The notes under the pieces were generated by a model that saw only the letters and a list, made by a program, of their open reading frames with translations, was not told the origin of the DNA and ran no database searches. A program made the position numbers and the translations under genes. A stretch of DNA of 64,000 nt from Penicillus capitatus (lineage: Eukaryota; Plantae; Chlorophyta): the NCBI GenBank assembly GCA_965649825.1, contig OZ287697.1:1079635-1143634 (forward strand), written 5' to 3'. Each line of letters opens with the position of its first letter. Positions within the stretch are counted from its first letter, which is position 1. Of this stretch, positions 39,058 to 50,226 are shown piece by piece.

Positions 39058-39960
39058 TCACAGCGAATCTGGGCCTTGATCTCCTGCGTCTGTTTGCGGA
39101 TCTCGCGGGCCTGAGAGATGCGCTGCTTCTGGGCGGGTCTTTGCTATTGTGAGCGTCTCCTGGGGCATGCTATGGCGGACAGCAACGCGATATGATCTGG
39201 GCGGGGAGATGTGCGCGAGGTTGGCTTCAACGGATGGGGGAGGCGGCGGAATCGAGAGTGTGGACGGGACCAGGGTACAGTGAAAACTGAGGCAGGTTTG
39301 CATCTCTGCCAGGAGGAGACTGGCTTCCTTGAACATGTCAATGCATGCAGCATGGTCGGCCGGCAAAGCCTTCTGGAAGTGCTCCAAGGTGCTTCGTACT
39401 TTTTCAAAATCTTGGGCGAATGCAGTCAGAAAATCCGAGGGAGTGAATGTTTCCTGGAAGCGGGCTATCTGTGAGAGACAGGAGGTCTGGGCGTGTCGTT
39501 CATAGTAAGGGCCTTCGGGGGTCAGCAGAAGCGAGTCTCTGGAACGTTCGTGGAGGCTGACGAGGCAGAGCTGCTCGGCATCCCGCCGTTCGTGGGCTGT
39601 CAAGTAGGCGCGGATCTTCGAGATGCGCTGCACTGGGTCCAGAGTAGCGGCTGCTTGTGTGGGACACGCTCTGACAGCAGCGTTCACGAGAATGAGCTCG
39701 TCCTTGCCCATTGCGTCGAGAACCTCGGGGGACCGGCGTAGATCGCGCCGGTATCTGACCGTGTAAGCGGCCTGGGCAACCGCCGTGCGCACTGGGTCAG
39801 GGGCGGTGCCAGGACCTCCGGACTGCGAACCGAAAGGCTGCATCGTGCGTATCGCTCGTGTTCGGACACCAACGGTCGGCAAGAAATTTTGGCGGGCGGA
39901 ACGGAAGTGTCGTACGAGAAAAAGGTCGGGACATCTCATGTTGATTTCCTCGAATCTCAA
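39058..39960 (-). CDS. Orphan ORF A (300 aa), no recognisable domain
   Basis: Long uninterrupted ORF with a helical central part and a Pro-rich C-terminal part, ending CTG TGA at 39058-39060. Confidence 0.55.
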   Translation of the reverse strand: MRFEEINMRCPDLFLVRHFRSARQNFLPTVGVRTRAIRTMQPFGSQSGGPGTAPDPVRTAVAQAAYTVRYRRDLRRSPEVLDAMGKDELILVNAAVRACPTQAAATLDPVQRISKIRAYLTAHERRDAEQLCLVSLHERSRDSLLLTPEGPYYERHAQTSCLSQIARFQETFTPSDFLTAFAQDFEKVRSTLEHFQKALPADHAACIDMFKEASLLLAEMQTCLSFHCTLVPSTLSIPPPPPSVEANLAHISPPRSYRVAVRHSMPQETLTIAKTRPEAAHLSGPRDPQTDAGDQGPDSL

Positions 39961-40420
39961 CCAGCAAATTCCCAGTTACCGACATCATAACGTAAGCCTG
40001 ACCTTGTTGATCTTGCGCGACACAAGTGGTTCTTCTGTTTTTACGATTGCGATCGATCGATGAATCAATCGTCACAAACGACGAAAGGATAAATTCCTCC
40101 CGTGTATCAGATCGTGCTTCTCTCATATCTTCTCTAATCGACCACCGTTCTGTTAGGACCGGAGGCATCGTCGCATAGTCTGAACGCATCGGGACCTGTA
40201 AGACGAAAGGAGCCAGACGGGTATTGTTACAGCATCTGCACAGGTATCATAGAAACAGATCACTTCAATCTTTCTTGACGTTCTGTGATCTAACAGTACC
40301 GCGTCAATGGATAGTCAGTCGAGTTCGCGTTGTACGATAATTGATTAGAGACGAAATGACAGAAGTACGATCCGATGATCGAGATGGACTGCTGCTGTTT
40401 TCCGTGACACCTGAAACACA

Positions 40421-40442
40421 GATCGATCGATCGATCGATCGC
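40421..40442. repeat. (GATC)n microsatellite, the longest of many GATC/CGATCG runs
   Basis: GATCGATCGATCGATCGATCGC. Similar runs occur at 7031-7054, 12861-12912, 20148-20174 and 35223-35238. Confidence 0.9.
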
Positions 40443-40537
40443 GAACGTAAAGCAGAAACCTCTGTATCCGCTAAGCTGCGAAGACTCTACAAAACACTGA
40501 CGATCGTCCTGCGACGTCATTATGGACGGTGTTGATC

Positions 40538-40758
40538 TGTCAGCGGAAGGCTTCACGTTCTTACAGAGCAAGGGTATCTACAAGGCCACGTCTACGGATT
40601 TATACGCTAATAGTGACAGGACAGGTGAGTCAGCAGCCTCTCAGAGCCATAGGAAAAGGACTCTGAGGTGACGTTAACCCCGAATGAGCTCCCCTTCAGA
40701 GACAGAACCCTTAGAAACCGAGGCAGTCACGATGTGACTTGCTACAGTCATTCTGACA
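40538..40758. mobile_element. Solo-LTR-like insertion, 221 bp
   Basis: Begins TGTCAG and ends CTGACA (TG...CA, 6-bp inverted ends), flanked by a 5-bp direct repeat TGATC (40533-40537 and 40759-40763). The homologous empty site is at ~35325-35340. TATAAAT lies on the minus strand at 40598-40604. Confidence 0.8.
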
Positions 40759-41783
40759 TGATCTCATGGCCGCCATACCGAAGGAAAATCACCAAGAACT
40801 ATCTAGGCACTTGGTTCAGCGACGATAGTTCAGGATATAGAAACGGCATCTCGGAGACACGCCGATCGATCGCGATATTCTCGCCTTTTACTTTGAGTAC
40901 GGTAATGAGTCATCTGCTCGTAGCTGGTGAAAAGTCGTCACGTTTCTGATCTGTCCCCCACGGATCCTGTTTTCTAGGTGCCTCTACGACACTGCCTTGT
41001 TTTCCTGAATCTATTCCTTCGCACTACATTCAATCCTCTTGATTGGGAAAACGAGCTCACCGATCTGTCCTCTGGCAGTGATGGTAGAGTGTTGCCTTTA
41101 TGGCTATTCATTCTAATCGCCTTCCATGTGTATCTCTATATCTTCCAAAGGCGTTCCATAGCACCATGTCTAAAGCACGGAATAGCGAGGAGCTAGTTCG
41201 AACGGAGAGACACAGTTTCTTTGTGCTGGCGGCTGTTGATCACACTCGCAAGAAAGCACGTGTAAGAGAAATGTTGAAAGCGAACACGCCTTTCTCCCCC
41301 TCACAGTCTAGCGCGCATTAGGCCTTATTCATCTCGACCAGATCAATGGCTGTTGTTCCGCCTGGATGTATACATACCTTCGTTGTCAATAAGCATGTTG
41401 CCTCTCGCAGCACATCACACATAGGGTATGCAGCTTCGCCGTGACAGATTTGTTTGCCATTCGGTCAGCCAATGGAAGCAGAGCGCATTTGCGACTGTGA
41501 ACAGAAGATCGGGATCAGACCGATTCCTTTGCTCGGCGAAAAGAGGATCTGCATGAGTCCGACGGCGTCAACGCAACAAGGCGAACGTGTGTCTAAGGAA
41601 AAAAGGAACATTAACATCAACGTACTGACACAATAGGAAGGGACCTCAGCCGAGGTCTGACTAAACTGGAAACCTGCTGTTCAAACACACTAAACGGACA
41701 ACAGAGGTCCGTAAACTTGACATTCATGTGAGAATTCTGGTTCAGGGAAAATTGGCTGTTCAGGGAAACAAGTATGTAGATTT

Positions 41784-43051
41784 CTAGAAGCGGTGTGTAA
41801 TAAAGACGACTTCCTTGTTGAAACTTCTGATCGCACACGTGATCTCGTCTTTGTTCGAGACCACGCATGACGGAGTCTCGAGAAAGAAGCCGAAGGACTT
41901 CTCCCAGCCTGACCATTTCTCACCGTCGAAGAAGTTTCTGTATAGGTAGGATCCATTTCCGACAGCAAAACAGTGGATCTTGCCAACACTGGTGGTCACA
42001 CATTCCGGTGGCGAATCGAAGACACCTCCCAGATCGACCCACTTTTCCCATCCTTTAGCACCGTGTGTCAGCAGCACGACGCTGTTATTCTTGGCGTTTA
42101 AGGCAAAAATGTCCATCCTGTTGTTCGATTTCCATGACGTCACAGATGGACGCCCTTTCACTTGACCTCCGTGATCACTATATCCGGGCAGCCATTCAGC
42201 TGAGATTTGGAATTTTTCAACAAGGGTCAAGTCGATTGAGGCAGCGAAGCTGGCGAAGTGGTCCTTGTTGAGCGATGTACATCCAAAGGGGCCAAAAAGA
42301 GTCAATCCCAAGTTCGTGTATTCTGTCCATTCTCCATCGACAGCTGCAATGTAATGGCCTTCGTTGAGTTTATTTCTGACCATACAGCCGACGGTGGAGT
42401 GCGTTCGGACGGCACAGGAAGGCACCTCCATCAGCTCACCTCCTTTAGACTGCCAGCCGCTCCATTTTCCGCCAGAGAAAGTATTGATGAAGAGTGCAAT
42501 GTTGGTGCCCAGCACCAGGACGTCGATGAAGCCGACATCACGACTGACGCATTCGATCTCGTCGATGATGGTACCGCCGAGATCCTCCCATTTGCTGTAG
42601 ACACCGTTGTCAATGGAAATGTGCATGACGTTCGATTTCGGTGCTCGGATGAAGCAGTCCACACGGCCTTCTTCCCATGACGTGCAGCATGGGCGGCTCT
42701 GCGGCTCTGCGCCGATGATCTTGAACGCTTCAGTGACGCTTTTATCCACATCGCCGTTGGCGTCCTTTAACACACAACGCGTCAGAAGAAAACTTTTGGA
42801 ACAGCGCGACGCACCTTTGTCTTCGCGACGGCGTACGGCAGAAGGATGTCGTTGCGGCGTGTTTGTGCAGTTGCAACGTCAACGTTGTGCGGAACTGCAT
42901 CCCGCGGAGCAGACAGGCGATCGGCTTCCGCTCCGTCAAGATCTGACTGCGCCGCCATCTTGGAAGTCGGGATCCAGTACCCGAAAACGCCGTTGCAGGC
43001 GCACAAAAGCGTCCCTGCGATGATCAGCGCCGAAAGGCTTGTCGTCTGCAT
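41784..43051 (-). CDS. Secreted PLL-type beta-propeller lectin, copy 3 (different signal peptide/pro-region, one 50-nt intron)
   Basis: MQTTSLSALIIAGTLLCACNG...AKTK|intron ~42768-42817|DANGDVDKSVTEAFKIIGAEPQSRPCCTSW..., followed by the seven blades. Confidence 0.8.
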
Positions 43052-43357
43052 CTTGGCGAGCTTCTAGAAGAAAACACGGCCTGCCTTAAAACTGCGTTTT
43101 GCGAAATGATTGTCGTCGGAGGCGCAAAAGGTCGATGTTCGATAGGTTCTCTCAGCAGACGCTTACTCCGAGGACGGTTCGCCCAGAGCGGGGACCGTGT
43201 TGATACGAACAAACGCGGTAGCAAAACCGCTTCTTTCTTGCAGAATATGATGTTCGTTTTCAGACCCCCTTTTATATTGCTGCATGGATGGCGTCATGCC
43301 TTTGTCATGATCGCGTCGTGCTTCGTTCCTTTTTTGCCCTACATCTTCGTGACAGTG

Positions 43358-43849
43358 TTACAATGGAAGAGAAGCGAAGAGTCCCACAGCGTATTTTCTG
43401 CTCAGATAGCCACACTTCTTAAGACTCAAAGTGGACAAACTACTCGGACAAGGACCGCTGAATGGCTCTTGTACCCACCTGTCGATCTACATCCGTCTCT
43501 GTGCAGACATACCAAGTAAATGCACTATTCCCCTCACAGGATTCTGCCAAGCACGACAAAGAGACTATACCTTTTGAAGTTAGCGTAGCGTCGACACTGT
43601 ACTTGCTTCGGCGATAACCTTGCCCTCCATCCAGATCAATGGAGACTGTTCTCAGAAGATCTAGCCGCCACACGCACAAACATTTATGCGAGCTTCTCGT
43701 TGACGTAGGAGATTCGGCAGCAGCGGCAAAGCGAACGGTCGGCTTTCAACGTCGCTCCAGATGCATGACTGGCCGATTGGCTGTACAGACGACACATATG
43801 ATGATACAACCGCACTCTCCGTGGTCCATCGCTGCGTCGCGCTAAACAT
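43358..43849 (-). CDS. Possible small multi-exon orphan gene
   Basis: Several GT..AG segments allow an open spliced frame (MFSATQRWTTESA|PIGQSCIW...LL|LLRTVSIDLDGGQGYRRSKYSVDATLTSK|...). No homology recognised, and some introns would be unusually short. Confidence 0.28.
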
Positions 43850-43981
43850 CGACGTTTCGAATGCGATCGTGATCGAACCGATCGAAAACGCGATCGCGAA
43901 ATCGAAGGCAGCGTCTGTCGATTTCAGTAGAATGCAAGGGTCGTTTTAAAGTACAGACAACAGCATCGTCACATCTGATTG

Positions 43982-45629
<1,648 letters not shown>

Positions 45630-45639
45630 CACTGATGAG

Positions 45640-48287
45640 ATGATCGACAGAAACGCAGGAGAAGCGATTCAAGTGACGCTAAACGCCGATCGGCATGTCG
45701 AAGATCGGAAGCTCTAGGTTGTCGTCCGATGTCGACCGTTTACGATGAGAGAAAAGCAGAAGGACATGCAGAACATCATCGACGTCGATGGCGAGCGTCA
45801 TGAAGTCCATGTCGGCTATCTTGTGTGATCGATCGTCGCCGATCGTGACGACGACAGATACGGAATTCGGAACGAAATGTCGCCAGAGGAGCGATTGGTC
45901 GCGTCTTTACGTTTGACAGAGTCCATCGACGCATTTTTAGATCAGCGATGACGAAATCGTGTGTGTAGGTCTACGATGCGCGATCGCAGCAGAAGACAAT
46001 TTTTGAACAGACGGCTCGACCGATCGTCGACGCCGTGTTGGAAGGATTTAATGGTGACGTGACTTGTTTTCTTTGTCTTGGCCGTGCATTTAACAGTGGT
46101 GCAGGAACGATCTTCGCTTATGGCCAAACGGGAACGGGCAAATCGTACACGATGGAAGGCGATGTCACATCACCAGATACTCAAGGCATCATCCCACGCA
46201 CGTTCGCACACATCTTTGGCCACATTGCGCTGCAAAGAATCGAAAACGTCGAATCGATGACGCTTTGCGACTGCGCTTTTCTTTTATAGGCGGTAAAAAG
46301 ACTTATCTCGTACGTGTATCCTATTGCGAGATCTACAACGAAGAGATTCGTGATCTGTTATCGAGAGATACGTCCAAAAAGCTGCATTTGAAAGAGACCC
46401 TTGACTCCGGCGTCTACGTTCATGGACTAAAACAGATCGTCGTCAACGAGGCAGCGGAACTGCATAAGATTCTGCAGATCGGTCGTCGTTATCGATCGGT
46501 CGGCGAGACGAAGATGAACGACGACTCATCACGATCACATTCGGTTTTTACGCTGGTGATCGAATGCCACGAGGCGATGCCCGATGGCGTGGCGCCGATT
46601 CGCGTTGGCAAACTGAACCTCGTCGATCTGGCAGGCAGCGAACGTCAGAGAAAGACCGAATCGACAGGCGATCGCCTTAAAGAAGGAATCAGCATCAATC
46701 TGTCTTTGACGGCACTGGGTCACGTCATCTCCTCACTCGTCGATCCGAAGCAGACGCATATTCCCTATCGAGACAGCAAACTGACGCGGCTTCTGCAAGT
46801 CAGTCGCCGGGAGTGATCTATCGAGGGTGCCGATGGATTCAGGATGCATTGGGAGGGAATACCAAGACGGTGATGATCGCGAACATAGGACCGGCACAAT
46901 GGAACGTGGAAGAGACGCTGAGTACACTGCGCTATGCCAATCGTGCGAAGAACATTCAGAACAAGCCGCGCATCAACGAAGACCCCAAAGACGCCTTACT
47001 CCGTCGCTATCAGGTACCCTCACACGACGTCCGTGTCATCTGCCGCGAGCGTCGTCCAGGAAGAGATTGCTCAGCTGAAGGCCGAGCTGGCAAAGAGAAC
47101 GGGAAGTGACGTATGGCCTGAGGTTTGCCTTGGTAACGGTGGCGTTCGGCGCGCTGAGTGCGACTGCCTTAGAGACCGACGTCTTCGCATTCAGACGTAC
47201 GTCGTAAACTCGAGGATGAGATCAAGGCCGAATTGCATCAAGAAGCGCTCGATCGCATTCGCAGACGAACGGAGGAGGAAGGTGATCGGCGCATTCAAGT
47301 CCGCCGCCCTCGCATTGAGGAATCCCTTCAGAATCTCGTTGCGTTGTCGGATCCCTCAGGCGCTTCACGAGAAACGCGATGCGTCGGTTGCCGAGAAGGA
47401 ACGATGCGCGTCGGCTCTGCAGGCACAGGAGCGCGATCTCCGCCACCAGACGCGTCGACTGGAACACGGAAGACTCGAACAGAAGGCCTTGGAGGAAAAG
47501 ATTCGCGACATGGAGAGCAAAGTCGTCGACGCCTTGTGCATGACCCTTCATGTCGCCTTAGTTGATTCCTTAGGTTCTCCACGGCGGTGTCAATCTGATC
47601 GACAAGATCGAACGTCTCGAACAGCAGACCGCAAAGACGAAGGCGCAACTGGAGCAGAAGGTCGAAGAAGAACGCGAACGTCAGAAGCGCCTAGAAGTTC
47701 TGGAAGACGTCCATCTCCTCGCTGAGCAAAAATTTAGCTCCCTCGAAGTACCTACCGATAACGACATGCCTTCATCTTAACAGGCGCACTCACAGGAAGA
47801 GATGGAGGTCAAGAGCCGCAGACTGAAGCTAGTGAGGGCAAAGTTCGAGGCGAAGCGTGATGAGTTAGAAGATATGGAATGGGAGTATGGACGGGAAAGA
47901 GATCAATGGTCGGAAGAAATCGCCCGTCTCATGCAGGTCCTCCAACTCAAGCAGTGCATCATCGATAGCTTCATCCCTATACACTACCAAGAAAAGATCC
48001 AGCAACAGAGTCGCTACGACGATCGCACCGATCAGTGGCACATTCGCGATGTCCATCACTCAGGTAGCGAACGCCATCGATAACCTCCCTTGAAAGACCA
48101 AGCAGGAAACGCCGTGCATTCGCGTCCGTGCGATCCAGAAGAGTCGCCGTCGATCGACGATGGCCCTTCTGTCTATCTCTCGTACGAAGACTGCGTCGAA
48201 AACAGACATGCCGTGCATTGCCGTTCTTCATCGCGACGTCGAGATGACGTTCGACATCCGATGGGTGACGTGGAGTGTGGTGTTTAG
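45640..48287 (+). CDS. Kinesin-2 (KIF3/FLA8-FLA10 type) motor subunit; 3' end approximate
   Basis: [11 protein letters not shown]|[98 protein letters not shown] (neck typical of KIF3), followed by a coiled-coil stalk. Confidence 0.9.
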
Positions 48288-48387
48288 GATCGTGGCGATC
48301 GAGATCGCGCCGGCATCGTGATCGATAAAACCGTCTGTCCACTCATTTGTTCGACATCGATGTCACATCGTAATCCATCGCAGCGCC

Positions 48388-48897
48388 TCACTTATCGGCA
48401 TCGTCCTCTTTCGACCCGGCGGCGCTTCCGATCAGCGATTTCTTCAACACCAATGATGGCTTGAACCCCACACGGATCGGTTTATCGCGTTCGATCGCTT
48501 CTCCCGTTCTCGGATTGCGAAAGGTTGTCCGATCCACTTCTTTGCAGAAAAACTTGCCAAAACCTACACGGTATGTCCCTCATATCATATTCCATGCCCG
48601 TTCGCGACAAGCACCGTCAAAAACGACCTCATCTCCGTTCGCCAAAGCATTCTGTACGATATTGAACACGTCCTGCACGATCTCACGCGACTGCTTATCT
48701 GTCAAATCCCCATGCCGTTCCTGCAGTTTTCCGGCGACGTCTTTCAATCGATGGGCCTTGAGCGGAGGACCAACACGACGCGGTATCCTGCGCAGCGTTC
48801 CGGTCGAATAGACACATCGTATGGTCTGAAGAGTCGGCGCCATGTCTGACGCAACAATCGACGTTGATCGTGCCGGATACACGTATCGATGTCGCAT
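48388..48897 (-). CDS. HU/IHF-family bacterial-type DNA-binding protein with N-terminal organellar presequence (1 intron)
   Basis: LKDVAGKLQERHGDLTDKQSREIVQDVFNIVQNALANGDEVVFDG|FGKF..KEVDRTTFRNPRTGEAIERDKPIRVGFKPSLVLKKSL matches the Bac_DNA_binding consensus (GFGxF, RNPxTGE, FKPS). Confidence 0.87.
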
Positions 48898-48963
48898 GAC
48901 GCGACGTTATAATTACTTACTGACTCTCTCGCACGAATAGCCCGTGAAAGACAAACGACTGCA

Positions 48964-50226
48964 ATGAACACCCGTTCTGGCGTCATTACTTGGAGCGGCG
49001 TCGCATCGTGTGGCGTCAGTGTCGTCCTCTATGTCGTCTCGCGCCACGCAGCAGGACGGCTCCATCACCTTCAAAGCGCGACGTCGCTGCCAACCCTCGG
49101 AAGTAAGTGCGATTTCGCTGTCTCGTAAAAAATCTCATTCCTATGTCCTTCGCGTTCCTCTGTGTCTAGCGGTTCATGAGCTGTCGTCGGAAGTGCTGCC
49201 AATGATAGTGGCGGTGCGCGGTAAGGCCGGCGCACAGGAGCCAATCTGTTCAGAAATGACGTCAACGGCCTCGGTCATTGCTGAAATCATGGAAGAGCTC
49301 AGTTCAAAAACGCAAAACGAAAGAGGCGAGTGGACTTCCGAATCGCAAGTGGTTCAGCAGCAGCGATGGGAAGCTGCGTGGTTTTTGGTAGCACCCCCAT
49401 CCACGTGGGCAACGATGACGTGACAGATGTGACCTCTAGACGGACTCGACGGCAACACGAGTCAACGTTGCTGGATCCATCCACGCCCAACTGATTCGCG
49501 AAACATACAACATTGCCAAAGAATTTCGAGCGGGACAGAGAAGCATGTGCAATAGAATCATTGACCGGCTAACGTTTTCTGCCCTGTCTTATGGGATGGC
49601 CAGAATTGAGGGGGTGCTGTTTTTAGTGGTTATCAGCCATTGGGCGTCCGCAAGACGGAGCGCTGTTTGCCGGTCGGGACTCCATTGACGGTGGTTGGAG
49701 AATTGGACAGGATCACAGAGAAGGGTGAGTCGAAGTACGTGATTGGGCGACCGAATTCAGGAGCGCCTTTCTACATTACGGATCGATCCGTTGAGGACCT
49801 CAAGACGTCTATCAAACAAGTCGCCCGAAACTACGCCGTAGCTTCGCCTCAGCTTCATCATCTCACTCATCTCATTCACTCTAGTGGCTGGCTGTTGGAC
49901 TCGGCGCAGTTGGGCTGGCCTTGTTAGGGACGAGCACATGGAAACGTGTGAAATCGGCCATGCGATACCGTAAGATTCGCAATCAACTGAACGATGAACA
50001 GCAGCGTCAGGAATTCGCCTCGAGGCGTCGTCGTACGCCAAGCTCCTCCCCACGCGAAGAGCAAAGCGTTCGACAACCATCCTGTATTGTATGCTGGGAT
50101 CGCCCTGCAGATGCTGCTTTCATTCCTTGTGGGCACAACTGTGTCTGCAGACGCTGTGGTATGGAGCTGAATCGCTGTCCAATTTGCAGACGACAGTGCG
50201 TCGTGTACAGAATCTATCCTCTGTGA
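48964..50226 (+). CDS. MUL1/SP1-type RING E3 ubiquitin ligase (TM + GIDE domain + TM + C3HC4 RING)
   Basis: N-terminal TM MNTRSGVITWSGVASCGVSVVLYVV; GVRKTERCLPVGTPLTVVGE and PFYIT (GIDE); RING CIVCWDRPADAAFIPCGHNCVCRRCGMELNRCPICR. Confidence 0.86.

Larger units (their letters stand above)
37517..40420. mobile_element. ~2.9 kb island present in the lectin 2-3 spacer and absent from the homologous lectin 1-2 spacer
   Basis: Sequence left of 37516 and right of 40421 is directly joined at (ATCG)n at 35223-35238 in the other spacer. No TIR, LTR or recognisable transposase was seen. Confidence 0.5.

Noticed and set aside
39058-39060. Calling the island frame a selenoprotein
   Set aside because: There is no redox motif (CxxU/UxxC) around the TGA and no SECIS could be identified by eye. 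It is kept only as one untested option in the finding.
37517-40420. Classifying the island as Helitron, LINE or TIR transposon
   Set aside because: There is no 3' CTRR end, poly(A) tail, terminal inverted repeats, or RT/transposase/Rep-helicase motifs.
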